Part shown: piece after piece, positions 37,484 through 50,288 of the stretch
Position numbering within the stretch: position 1 is the first letter of the stretch
Layout of the letters: each line of letters opens with the position of its first letter
Assembly (NCBI GenBank): GCA_002269645.1
Contig: NIVC01002866.1
Span: 1-64,000, forward strand
Direction: 5' to 3'
Origin: Macrostomum lignano
Taxonomy: Eukaryota
Length of the DNA stretch: 64,000 nucleotides
The notes under the pieces: model-generated
Database searches by the model: none
What the model was told of the DNA's origin: nothing
What the model saw: only the letters and a program-made list of their open reading frames with translations
Program-made: the position numbers and the translations under genes

Positions 37484-37530
<47 letters not shown>
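37484..37530. repeat. (CT)n microsatellite
   Basis: Direct observation. Another lies at 52164-52237. Confidence 0.95.
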
Positions 37531-37535
<5 letters not shown>

Positions 37536-37747
37536 TTACGCTCCACTGACAGATAAAAACAGTTGCGTCTTAACAATAGACTGAGGGAATGAAGCAAACC
37601 CCCTCAAGCTGTAGCCTCGGTGCCACTGTAAAATCGAGTTGGATGAAAAACGTGAAAGCCAAGCACAATTAGCTAGGCTGCTTTTTGCCACTCGTGCGGC
37701 AAAAACGTGCCGCCAGAAGAGGCGGGGGCTGTGCCTGAGCAGATGAG

Positions 37748-37754
37748 TATAAAA
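37748..37754 (+). promoter_or_regulatory. TATA box of the poly-vWA gene
   Basis: TATAAAA about 110 nt upstream of the ATG at 37860. Confidence 0.55.
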
Positions 37755-37859
37755 TCGAGGACCCGCTGCATCAAGTCTTATGCGCCCAACATTTCATTTT
37801 TTTAATTAAATGTCCAGCCGCTTTGGTGAAGTCACAAAAAGCAGGCAAAACTAAGCTTA

Positions 37860-40800
37860 ATGCGTCATCTACTGAAGTTTCTGGCGCTTGCCCTGGTCAT
37901 CCTGGCGGTGAGCGAAGGGCGAAGCATGCCGCGTAAGTTTTCCGGGTGACGTTTGCTCCGCCGCGGGGTTTGCTGTTCCCATTGTGCATGTGCAAAGGCC
38001 GCTAGAAATGTCATGTCACCTTAAATGGGGGCATCACAAACCCGAAATATCACAAACCCGAAATATCATAGACCCGAAATATCACAAACCCGAAATATCA
38101 TAAACCCGAAATATCATAAACCCGCAATATCATAAACCCGAAATATCATAAACCCGCAATATCATAAACCCGAAATATCATTACCCGCAATATCATTAAC
38201 CGGAAATATCGCAAACCCGAAATATCACAAACACGAAATATCATAAACCCGCGCAATATCATTAACCGGAAATATCACAAACGCGAAATATCAAAACTCT
38301 GAAAAATAAAATAGCAACGCCCATCATAAACCGCTTTTTTGGAAAGCGCTTTTCGGAGTCGTGACTTTTAGGGTTTGTGATGGCGACCCACCTTAAATAA
38401 AGGGGTCGGCAAACTCCGGTCCGCGAAGCCTCTCTATCCGGCCCTCGGGTCCTTTGAAATTTCACAATACCAATCTGCCCGCTCAAGGTTTGTGTCTCTT
38501 CTCAGCTCTCTGCTCTTTTCTCCCCTTTCCTCTTCTCTCCCTTGAGGTAAAGAAGTTTTCTGACCCCTGCAAATCAATACTCCTATTACGTCATTTAGAA
38601 AACCTACGTGTAGAATTATTTAGAGAGCGGAGACTTGGACGCTGACTGCGAGGCTGACGCGTCTTTTTTCCATGACTACGCTTAATGTGGCTTCCAAGCA
38701 TCTTACTCTAAACTGCTGTAAGACACCGTAGATACAGCATAGGCGTATACAGGAGCGGACGGCTAGCTTTATTGGCCGTGCTACGGACCAAGAAGCGGGG
38801 TTATGCAGATTAGGGAGGGACTTTGCGAGTTGACACTCACATTTGATCCCGTTCAGCTCGCAGGTTGCATTTCGTTTGTTGGTTAAGTTTCAGCTACAAA
38901 TACTCGTACTGAAAAAATTATTGCGCTTGAAATTCACAGGATGCCCCGGTGGAGGCAGGCCAGTTGCCACCAGCAAGAGGGTCTGCTCCTGCAAGCCGGT
39001 AGCTCCCCGACCTGGAAAGCGAGGATCGCTGATATTCGTTGTCGATGACACCGGCAGCATGGGCCGCGTCATCACAGCCGTCAGGAACCACATTCAAAGC
39101 ATCATCAGGGCGAATAAGCGCTTCAACAACTACGTCATCGCTACTTACGGAGATCCATACAGGCGGAACGTGCTCAAGACAAGGAACGCCCACCAGGCAC
39201 TCGCGTTCCTGAGACGCGTCCGTCCTCACGGCGGTGGCGACTGTCCTGAGATGGCTCTGCAAGGAGTTCGCGATGCCGCTGCTGCCGCCGACCGAAACTC
39301 GGTCCTGTTCCTGTTCACCGACGCCTCCGCCAAGGACGCCCACTTGCAGAGCTCTGTCGCCAGCCTGCTGTCTTCCAAGAACATCCGCTTCTTCACTGTT
39401 GCTTCTGGAAATCTGTGCGGCCGTCCGGGCAATGTGTACAAATCTCTCGCCACGAGGACTCGAGGTCGGTTTTCTAAGTTGGGCAACGCATATACCAAAT
39501 CCGTAAGTTTTGATCTATAACTTACAGTAACCCGTAAATTTAGTGCATCATTAACTCTTAAGCTGGGAAAGATTTTTTTTGAGTATTATGTGTACTGTCA
39601 TGGCTACATTGTATTATTTTGGATAAAAATTTGCAGGTAATGCACTTCATTCGCAAGGCTGTTTCGGGACACTACAGCTTTAGCGTCTTTCCTCGAAATG
39701 CTGGAGAACTACGCCGAGTAATGTCTGGTCGTGAGTAAAAGAATTGAAAGTATTTTTTTCTTTCTCTTAATTTCGAACGATTACACAAGCTACGTTTTAT
39801 AGCTTAAAAGCAAGCATGACTCTTCATTTATTGAATTTTTCAATCCATTTAGGCTGCGGATGCCGCGTGGTTCGTCACTACAAGTGCAGAGGTGGTGGCG
39901 GAAAGAAACCAAAACCGCCAAGAAGTAAGATCCCTCTGCGATAGATATTAAAATTTGTATAATGCAAATCTACATGTTTTCGCCAAATTAAATGCTACTT
40001 TAGGATGCCGAAGAGGCGAAAGGGTCAGCTTCCGAAGGCGAAAGGTCTGCTCATGCAAGCCTGTTGCTCCCCGACCTGGAAAGCGAGGATCGCTGATCTT
40101 CGTTGTCGATGACACCGGCAGCATGGGCCGCGTCATCACAGCCGTCAGGAACCACATTCAAAGCATCATCAGGGCGAACAAGCGCTTCAATAACTACGTT
40201 CTTGGTACGTACGGAGATCCCTACAGGCGGAACGTGCTCAAGACAAGGAACGCCCACCAGGCACTCGCGTTCCTGAGACGCGTCCGTCCTCACGGTGGTG
40301 GCGACTGTCCTGAGATGTCTATGCAAGGAGTTCGCGATGCCGCTGCTGCCGCCGACCGAAACTCGGTCCTGTTCCTGTTCACCGACGCCTCCGCCAAGGA
40401 CGCCCACTTGCAGAGCTCTGTCGCCAGCCTGCTGTCTTCCAAGAACATCCGCTTCTTCACTGTTGCTTCTGGAAATCTGTGCGGCCGTCCGGGCAATGTG
40501 TACAAATCTCTCGCCACGAGGACTCGAGGTCGCTTCTCCAAACTCGGAATGAAATTGGCGTCAAAAGTACGTACTGTATAATTATCGATATTGCCGATTG
40601 ATTTTCGTTATTTGTTAGTGGCCATGCGTTGACTATTGCTTCTTTACAATCCAGGTGATGTCGTTCATCAAGGGCCGGTTGCTGACGCTTCAGCTTCGGA
40701 GTTCTGCTCGCAACGCCAGAGAGCTGTCTCGAGTGATGTCTGGCCGTGAGTAGATTTTTCCTGGTACTGAAACCTTTCTNNNNNNNNNNNNNNNNNNNNN

Positions 40801-43800
40801 NNNNNNNNNNNNNNNNNNNNNNNNNNNNNNNNNNNNNNNNNNNNNNNNNNNNNNNNNNNNNNNNNNNNNNNNNNNNNNNNNNNNNNNNNNNNNNNNNNNN
40901 NNNNNNNNNNNNNNNNNNNNNNNNNNNNNNNNNNNNNNNNNNNNNNNNNNNNNNNNNNNNNNNNNNNNNNNNNNNNNNNNNNNNNNNNNNNNNNNNNNNN
41001 NNNNNNNNNNNNNNNNNNNNNNNNNNNNTTGGCAGTTTATAGTTTGTGCCATGCCTGTCAATGTCGGCAGTCAAATGCTCCGTTGTCAAGTTAGGCAGTC
41101 AAATATTGTCTATCCAACATAACCATAAACATTTAAAACTGCGTTGTAGGATGCGGTTGCCGATTCGTCAAAATTCGCATTGCATTCCATCCGGTGGACC
41201 GCCTGTCCGCCACCTGTCCGACCGCCTGTCCGAACCACAGTCCGTCCAAACCTAAGCGCTGCCCTCGAGGTGGTCGCAGGATCTCCATCAAGAAGAAGGT
41301 CTGCTCATGCAAGCCGTAGCTCCCCGACCTGGAAAGCGAGGATCGCTGATCTTCGTTGTCGATGACACCGGCAGCATGGGCCGCGTCATCACAGCCGTCA
41401 GGAACCACATTCAAAGCATCATCAGGGCGAACAAGCGCTTCAATAACTACGTTCTTGGTACGTACGGAGATCCCTACAGGCGGAACGTGCTCAAGACAAG
41501 GAACGCCCACCAGGCACTCGCGTTCCTGAGACGCGTCCGTCCTCACGGGGTGGCGACTGTCCTGAGATGGCTCTGCAAGGAGTTCGCGATGCCGCTGCTG
41601 CCGCCGACCGAACTCGTCCTGTTCCTGTTCACCGATGCTCCGCCAAGGACGCCCACTTGCAGAGCTCTGTCGCCAGCCTGCTGTCTTCCAAGAACATCCG
41701 CTTCTTCACTGTTGCTTCTGGAAATCTGTGCGCCGACCGGGAAATGTGTACAAATCTCTCGCCACGAGGACTCGAGGTCGCTTCTCCAAACTCGGAATGA
41801 AATTGGCGTCAAAAGTACGTACTGTATAATTATCGATATTGCCGATTGATTTTCGTTATTTGTTAGTGGCCATGCGTTGACTATTGCTTCTTTACAATCC
41901 AGGTGATGTCATTCATCAGGGGCGCGGTTGCTGGACGCTTCAGCTTCGGAGTTCTGCCTCGCAACGCCAGAGAGCTGTCTCGAGTGATGTCTGGCCGTAA
42001 GTGATCATCGATCATCTCTCTTTTCAAGATTTCCAGGATATTTTGCTTGGCTGCCCGAATTGTGTTAGCTGGTCGTGTATCTGTTGGCAATTTTTAAGAT
42101 AATTCGGCCTCAACCCTACTGGTAAAGCAGTATCGTAGCTTAACCCCTCAATGTTCCCATTAAAGCTCAAAAGATAAATGTATATACATGTAGCATAGTG
42201 TAGCTATTTCTATTATTTAGTAACTCTTCGGGGTACACTTGTCAGCCTAGCGTCTACCCATCCCTAAAACGAGTTTTCTTGACCCGAGATTTAAGGAAAG
42301 CTTAAGCCATCTAGTTCCATCTTAGACTTTTTTCTCTTCAGGATGCGGATGCCGCTTTGTCCGTACTCACAAGTGCGTTGGAACCGGAGGGGTTCGGCCT
42401 CCCGTCCGCCCACCTGTCCGACCCTGTCCGACCACCAGTCCGTCCAAACCTAAGCGCTGCCCTCGAGGTGGCCGCAGGATCTCCACCAAGAAGAAGGTCT
42501 GCTCATGCAAGCCTGTTGCTCCCCGACCTGGAAAGCGAGGATCGCTGATCTTCGTTGTCGATGACACCGGCAGCATGGGCCGCGTCATCAAAGCCGTCAG
42601 GAACCACATTCAAGGCATCATCAGGGCTAACAAGCGCTTCAATAACTACGTTCTTGGTACGTACGGAGATCCCTACAAGCGTAACGTGCTCAAGACAAGG
42701 AACGCCCACCAGGCACTCGCGTTCCTGAGACGCGTCCGTCCTCACGGGGGGCGACTGTCCTGAGATGTCTATGCATGGAGTTCGCGATGCCGCTGCTGCC
42801 GCCGACCGAAACTCGGTCCTGTTCCTGTTCACCGACGCCTCCGCCAAGGACTCGCGCATGCACAAATCTGTGGCCAAATTGCTGGCTTCCAAGAACATCC
42901 GCTTCTTCATCATCGCCTCCGGAAATCTGTGCGGACATAGTGGCGGCGCGTACAAAGCCATCGCCCGGAAGACTCGAGGTCGCTTCTCCAAACTCGGAAT
43001 GAAATTGGCGTCAAAAGTACGTACTGTATAATTATCGATATTGCCGATTGATTTTCGTTATTTGTTAGTGGCCATGCGTTGACTATTGCTTCTTTACAAT
43101 CCAGGTGATGTCGTTCATCAAGGGCGCGGTTGCTGGACGCTTCAGCTTCGGAGTTCTGCCTCGCAACGCCAGAGAGCTGTCTCGAGTGATGTCTGGCCGT
43201 AAGTGATCATCGATCATCTCTCTTTTCAAGATTTCCAGGATATTTTGCTTGGCTGCCCGAATTGTGTTAGCTGGTCGTGTATCTGTTGGCAATTTTTAAG
43301 ATAATTCGGCCTCAACCCTACTGGTAAAGCAGTATCGTAGCTTAACCCCTCAATGTTCCCATTAAAGCTCAAAAGATAAATGTATATACATGTAGCATAG
43401 TGTAGCTATTTCTATTATTTAGTAACTCTTCGGGGTACACTTGTCAGCCTAGCGTCTACCCATCCCTAAAACGAGTTTTCTTGACCCGAGATTTAAGGAA
43501 AGCTTAAGCCATCTAGTTCCATCTTAGACTTTTTTCTCTTCAGGATGCGGATGCCGCTTTGTCCGTACTCACAAGTGCGTTGGAACCGGAGGGGTTCGGC
43601 CTCCCGTCCGCCCACCTGTCCGACCGCTGTCCGACCACCAGTCCGTCCCAAACCTAAGCGCTGCCCTCGAGGTGGCCGCAGGATCTCCACCAAGAAGAAG
43701 GTCTGCTCATGCAAGCCTGTTGCTCCCCGACCTGGAAAGCGAGGATCGCTGATCTTCGTTGTCGATGACACCGGCAGCATGGGCCGCGTCATCAAAGCCG

Positions 43801-46800
43801 TCAGGAACCACATTCAAAGCATCATCAGGGCGAACAAGCGCTTCAATAACTACGTTCTTGGTACGTACGGAGATCCCTACAACGGAACGTGCTCAAGACA
43901 AGGAACGCCCACCAGGCACTCGCGTTCCTGAGACGCGTCCGTCCTCACGGGGTGGCGACTGTCCTGAGATGTCTATGCATGGAGTTCGCGATGCCGCTGC
44001 TGCCGCCGACCGAAACTCGGTCCTGTTCCTGTTCACCGACGCCTCCGCCAAGGACTCGCGCATGCACAAATCTGTGGCCAAATTGCTGGCTTCCAAGAAC
44101 ATCCGCTTCTTCATCATCGCCTCCGGAAATCTGTGCGGACATAGTGGCGGCGCGTACAAAGCCATCGCCCGGAAGACTCGAGGTCGCTTCTCCAAACTCG
44201 GAATGAAATTGGCGTCAAAAGTACGTACTGTATAATTATCGATATTGCCGATTGATTTTCGTTATTTGTTAGTGGCCATGCGTTGACTATTGCTTCTTTA
44301 CAATCCAGGTGATGTCGTTCATCAAGGGCGCGGTTGCTGGACGCTTCAGCTTCGGAGTTCTGCCTCGCAACGCCAGAGAGCTGTCTCGAGTGATGTCTGG
44401 CCGTAAGTGATCATCGATCATCTCTCTTTTCAAGATTTCCAGGATATTTTGCTTGGCTGCCCGAATTGTGTTAGCTGGTCGTGTATCTGTTGGCAATTTT
44501 TAAGATAATTCGGCCTCAACCCTACTGGTAAAGCAGTATCGTAGCTTAACCCCTCAATGTTCCCATTAAAGCTCAAAAGATAAATGTATATACATGTAGC
44601 ATAGTGTAGCTATTTCTATTATTTAGTAACTCTTCGGGTACACTTGTCAGCCTAGCGTCTACCCATCCCTAAAACGAGTTTTCTTGACCCGAGATTTAAG
44701 GAAAGCTTAAGCCATCTAGTTCCATCTTAGACTTTTTTCTCTTCAGGATGCGGATGCCGCTTTGTCCGTACTCACAAGTGCGTTGGAACCGGAGGGGTTC
44801 GGCCTCCCGTCCGCCCACCTGTCCGACCGCCTGTCCGACCACCAGTCCGTCCCAAACCTAAGCGCTGCCCTCGAGGTGGCCGCAGGATCTCCACCAAGAA
44901 GAAGGTCTGCTCATGCAAGCCTGTTGCTCCCCGACCTGGAAAGCGAGGATCGCTGATCTTCGTTGTCGATGACACCGGCAGCATGGGCCGCGTCATCAAA
45001 GCCGTCAGGAACCACATTCAAAGCATCATCAGGGCGAACAAGCGCTTCAATAACTACGTTCTTGGTACGTACGGAGATCCCTACAAACGGAACGTGCTCA
45101 AGACAAGGAACGCCCACCAGGCACTCGCGTTCCTGAGACGCGTCCGTCCTCACGGGGTGGCGACTGTCCTGAGATGTCTATGCATGGAGTTCGCGATGCC
45201 GCTGCTGCCGCCGACCGAAACTCGGTCCTGTTCCTGTTCACCGACGCCTCCGCCAAGGACTCGCGCATGCACAAATCTGTGGCCAAATTGCTGGCTTCCA
45301 AGAACATCCGCTTCTTCATCATCGCCTCCGGAAATCTGTGCGGACATAGTGGCGGCGCGTACAAAGCCATCGCCCGGAAGACTCGAGGTCGCTTCTCCAA
45401 ACTCGGAATGAAATTGGCGTCAAAAGTACGTACTGTATAATTATCGATATTGCCGATTGATTTTCGTTATTTGTTAGTGGCCATGCGTTGACTATTGCTT
45501 CTTTACAATCCAGGTGATGTCGTTCATCAAGGGCGCGGTTGCTGGACGCTTCAGCTTCGGAGTTCTGCCTCGCAACGCCAGAGAGCTGTCTCGAGTATGT
45601 CTGGCCGTAAGTGATCATCGATCATCTCTCTTTTCAAGATTTCCAGGATATTTTGCTTGGCTGCCCGAATTGTGTTAGCTGGTCGTGTATCTGTTGGCAA
45701 TTTTTAAGATAATTCGGCCTCAACCCTACTGGTAAAGCAGTATCGTAGCTTAACCCCTCAATGTTCCCATTAAAGCCCAAACGATAAATGTATATACATG
45801 TAGCATAGTGTAGCTATTTCTATTATTTAGTAACTCTTCGGGGTACACTTGTCAGCCTAGCGTCTACCCATCCCTAAAACGAGTTTTCTTGACCCGAGAT
45901 TTTAAGGAAAGCTTGAGCCATCTAGTTCCATCTTAGACTTTTTTCTCTTCAGGATGCGGATGCCGCTTTGTCCGTACTCACAAGTGCGTTGGAACCGGAG
46001 GGGTTCGGCCTCCCGTCCGCCCACCTGTCCGACCGCCTGTCCGACCACCAGTCCGTCCCAAACCTAAGCGCTGCCCTCGAGGTGGCCGCAGGATCTCCAC
46101 CAAGAAGAAGGTCTGCTCATGCAAGCCTGTTGCTCCCGACCTGGAAAGCGAGGATCGCTGATCTTCGTTGTCGATGACACCGGCAGCATGGGCCGCGTCA
46201 TCAAAGCCGTCAGGAACCACATTCAAAGCATCATCAGGGCGAACAAGCGCTTCAATAACTACGTTCTTGGTACGTACGGAGATCCCTACAACGGAACGTG
46301 CTCAAGACAAGGAACGCCCACCAGGCACTCGCGTTCCTGAGACGCGTCCGTCCTCACGGGGGTGGCGACTGTCCTGAGATGTCTATGCATGGAGTTCGCG
46401 ATGCCGCTGCTGCCGCCGACCGAAACTCGGTCCTGTTCCTGTTCACCGACGCCTCCGCCAAGGACTCGCGCATGCACAAATCTGTGGCCAAATTGCTGGC
46501 TTCCAAGAACATCCGCTTCTTCATCATCGCCTCCGGAAATCTGTGCGGACATAGTGGCGGCGCGTACAAAGCCATCGCCCGGAAGACTCGAGGTCGCTTC
46601 TCCAAACTCGGAATGAAATTGGCGTCAAAAGTACGTACTGTATAATTATCGATATTGCCGATTGATTTTCGTTATTTGTTAGTGGCCATGCGTTGACTAT
46701 TGCTTCTTTACAATCCAGGTGATGTCATTCATCAGGGGCGGTTGCTGGACGCTTCAGCTTCGGAGTTCTGCCTCGCAACGCCAGAGAGCTGTCTCGAGTG

Positions 46801-48658
46801 ATGTCTGGCCGTAAGTGATCATCGATCATCTCTCTTTTCAAGATTTCCAGGATATTTTGCTTGGCTGCCCGAATTGTGTTAGCTGGTCGTGTATCTGTTG
46901 GCAATTTTTAAGATAATTCGGCCTCAACCCTACTGGTAAAGCAGTATCGTAGCTTAACCCCTCAATGTTCCCATTAAAGCCCAAACGATAAATGTATATA
47001 CATGTAGCATAGTGTAGCTATTTCTATTATTTAGTAACTCTTCGGGGTACACTTGTCAGCCTAGCGTCTACCCATCCCTAAAACGAGTTTTCTTGACCCG
47101 AGATTTAAGGAAAGCTTAAGCCATCTAGTTCCATCTTAGACTTTTTTCTCTTCAGGATGCGGATGCCGCTTTGTCCGTACTCACAAGTGCGTTGGAACCG
47201 GAGGGGTTCGGCCTCCCGTCCGCCCACCTGTCCGACCGCCTGTCCGACCACCAGTCCGTCCCAAACCTAAGCGCTGCCCTCGAGGTGGCCGCAGGATCTC
47301 CACCAAGAAGAAGGTCTGCTCATGCAAGCCTGTTGCTCCCCGACCTGGAAAGCGAGGATCGCTGATCTTCGTTGTCGATGACACCGGCAGCATGGGCCGC
47401 GTCATCAAAGCCGTCAGGAACCACATTCAAAGCATCATCAGGGCGAACAAGCGCTTCAATAACTACGTTCTTGGTACGTACGGAGATCCCTACAAACGGA
47501 ACGTGCTCAAGACAAGGAACGCCCACCAGGCACTCGCGTTCCTGAGACGCGTCCGTCCTCACGGGGGTGGCGACTGTCCTGAGATGTCTATGCATGGAGT
47601 TCGCGATGCCGCTGCTGCCGCCGACCGAAACTCGGTCCTGTTCCTGTTCACCGACGCCTCCGCCAAGGACTCGCGCATGCACAAATCTGTGGCCAAATTG
47701 CTGGCTTCCAAGAACATCCGCTTCTTCATCATCGCCTCCGGAAATCTGTGCGGACATAGTGGCGGCGCGTACAAAGCCATCGCCCGGAAGACTCGAGGTC
47801 GCTTCTCCAAACTCGGAATGAAATTGGCGTCAAAAGTACGTACTGTATAATTATCGATATTGCCGATTGATTTTCGTTATTTGTTAGTGGCCATGCGTTG
47901 ACTATTGCTTCTTTACAATCCAGGTGATGTCATTCATCAGGGGCGCGGTTGCTGGACGCTTCAGCTTCGGAGTTCTGCCTCGCAACGCCAGAGAGCTGTC
48001 TCGAGTAATGTCTGGCCGTAAGTCACGCTAATTGGAATCTTTGTGTCTTCCTGCAGAGCTACATGTAGTATGGTTATACATTTTACTTGTAATAGCTTTA
48101 TAAGTTTCCATTCTAGCACTATGAATAGTGAATAGTCTTGGCTAACCAATTGTAGGCTGCGGCTGCCGATTCGTTCGCACCTACTCGTGCGTTGGCACGG
48201 GACTTGTTCGCCCTCATGGTGGCAGCTCGAGCTCTGGCACCGATGAGACAACCACGGATTCTAGCACCAGCACACACACCAGCACCAGCACAAGCACCAG
48301 CTCAGAGACCAGTGGTGACTCTGACCATGGCCACTGGGAGACAACGTCACACATTGAGCACTACTGCATTGATCCCTACACTAGCCACAAGTACAAGCCC
48401 GGACAGTCCTGGGTGAGCAAGGCCGACAGCATGTGCTTCCACTTTAAGTGCAGCAAGGACCCGAGCTCCAGCCGACCCTACCGCTCCGACTGCCTGAGTA
48501 CCAATGGCAAATGCGTGAGGGCGTCCAGCTCCGGCACCGATTTCAGCTGTAAGGTGCACGGATCGGTGAAGAAGTGCCAGTGCAAGAAGGAGGCTGACGG
48601 TAGCGTGTACATCACTCGCATGGAGACCTATACCAGCACGACTGAGTACGAGGACTAG
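37860..48658 (+). CDS. Secreted cationic protein with at least 8 tandem hemicentin/VWA7-type vWA domains and a Ser/Thr-rich plus Cys-rich C-terminus
   Basis: Exon 1 (37860-37932) MRHLLKFLALALVILAVSEG. vWA exons start at 38940, 40004, 41150, 42342, 43544, 44747, 45953 and 47156 (VVDDTGSM, GGGDCPEM, LFTDASAKD), each followed by a ~94-nt exon. Last exon 48156-48658. Units 1, 2 and 8 have intact vWA exons; others carry 1-nt indels. Confidence 0.85.
38027..38389. mobile_element. Mutator-like MITE (9-bp TSD accttaaat) carrying a 16-bp minisatellite
   Basis: TSD at 38018-38026 and 38390-38398. Imperfect TIR ggggg-catcacaaaccc / gggtttgtgatggcgaccc. Internal (cccgaaatatcacaaa)n. Confidence 0.75.
40780..41028. 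other. Assembly gap (N run) inside the vWA tandem array
   Basis: 249 N bases. Confidence 1.
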
Positions 48659-49431
48659 AAGAATTATTCGAATCGCATCGCAGCTCTGACTAACAGACAG
48701 AAAAGAAGCCTGTTTAGCTAACGGATTCTTGTTTTACAGACAGCTAGTACATGTAGTGAACATATTTATATTTAGCAAGTGGCACTACATGTTCAACTAA
48801 CGCATATTGACTAAATTAGACAACTATACTGTTCTGTTAACTCCTAATAGTAGCCCAAAGTACTCCTGTACGTTTAATATTAATAGTTTTGTTTTCTCCT
48901 TACCGCCAGTTTATCGTGTCGGTATATAGTTTCTCTGTCTGAGCAGACTAAGCTACTCGTGCATGCAGCTGTGATTTTTTGTTATAAAATTACTAATCTT
49001 ACTATCTATTCAAGATGCTTAATCACATTATTCCCAGCAACATCAAAACAATAAATTCCTCTTAATATAAAAACTATTATATTATATTATTATTTAAAAA
49101 ATAATGATTTTTCTTTTAAACCTTTTCATCTCACCTTGAATTCGAAGGCAAGCTGCCAATGTTTGGTCTGGCTCGGACAAGGACTCTTGGTTCAATTAAA
49201 TATAGAATTTTCAACGCAGTTTCTGTCTGTATAATAGCAGCTATAGTGGTGAAAATGTGTTTAATTTTACCGTTAAAAATATTTCACAATCAGCTTTGCC
49301 AGCTGGCCAGGGACAACTAAAACACTCGGGACGCGAAACGAGCCAAATCATGGTGAAAAAGGTTGGGGGTTCGTTTGAGTCTATGGGCGCCCAGTTTTTC
49401 ATGCATTAGATGCATTACGATCAGCTTAGCT

Positions 49432-50196
49432 CAAAGAGTATTTAGGTCGCCTAGTATAGAGTGCCAATAAGGATGAAAATCTGAAGCCGATTTTTAGAAT
49501 CCACCCACCCCCTCCGGTCACCAAGCTTTTTAGTCTATGACACAAGTTGTGGCTAGAATAGTGTACAAAGCCGATGCTCAGAAATATGCATAGAGTGCAT
49601 GAGAAAAATACAAGTAGCTAATGTAGCTGGACGAATACTATGTATGCTTAAAACGTCCTCAAGACTTTATTTCTGTATCTATACTGTAACCGTACGTACG
49701 ATGATTGCATTGTGTAAGGAGAAAAGAAGTTGAGCAGGATTCTTGCAGCAGAGTCGGAAAGACAAAAACATAAGTGATAAACAGGCAGAGCGAAAGAAAA
49801 CAGTACTATGAGCAAATAAGCAGGAAGTAATGTAGCAAACATGTCAAGTGAGAGAGGAGAGGAGTCATAGCCTCGATCGCCAGAAGAATATCTAAAATTC
49901 ATGAAGATTATTGTTCTGTGCAACCGATTCCGCACAGATAGACCATGAAGCTTGTCGCGACTAGCCTTTTCGATGTGTTTAGAACGCAGGAGGAAAAAGA
50001 ATTCGGCAAAGAAGGAAATTAGCTAAGTGTGAAATGTCTTATATTTCTGAGCATCGGCTTTGTACACTATTCTAGCCACAACTTGTGCCATAGACTAAAA
50101 AGCTTGGTGACCGGAGGGGGTGGGTGGATTCTAAAAATCGGCTTCAGATTTTCATCCTTATTGGCACACTATACTAGGCGACCTAAATACTCTTTG
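49432..50196. mobile_element. Non-autonomous DNA transposon with ~155-bp TIRs and an 8-bp TSD (P or hAT superfamily)
   Basis: gcttagct|caaagagtatttagg...cctaaatactctttg|gcttagct. TIRs at about 49432-49587 and 50041-50196. Confidence 0.85.
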
Positions 50197-50288
50197 GCTT
50201 AGCTGCTGAAAAGACAAGGGCCACAGTTCTATTATTTTTGCTTCAAAAGGTTCAGAAGGTTTTCTAAACGGTTTTTAGTGATTTTTAA

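Noticed and set aside
41150-46650. Frameshifts in vWA units as programmed frameshifting or pseudogenisation
   Set aside because: They are scattered 1-nt indels, mostly in homopolymers and different in each near-identical copy. This fits long-read assembly error better; raw reads would decide.
37860-48658. Identity with the known Macrostomum adhesives Mlig-ap1/ap2
   Set aside because: As recalled, those contain vWD/TIL/C-type lectin/TSP domains rather than hemicentin-type vWA repeats. No such domains are seen here.
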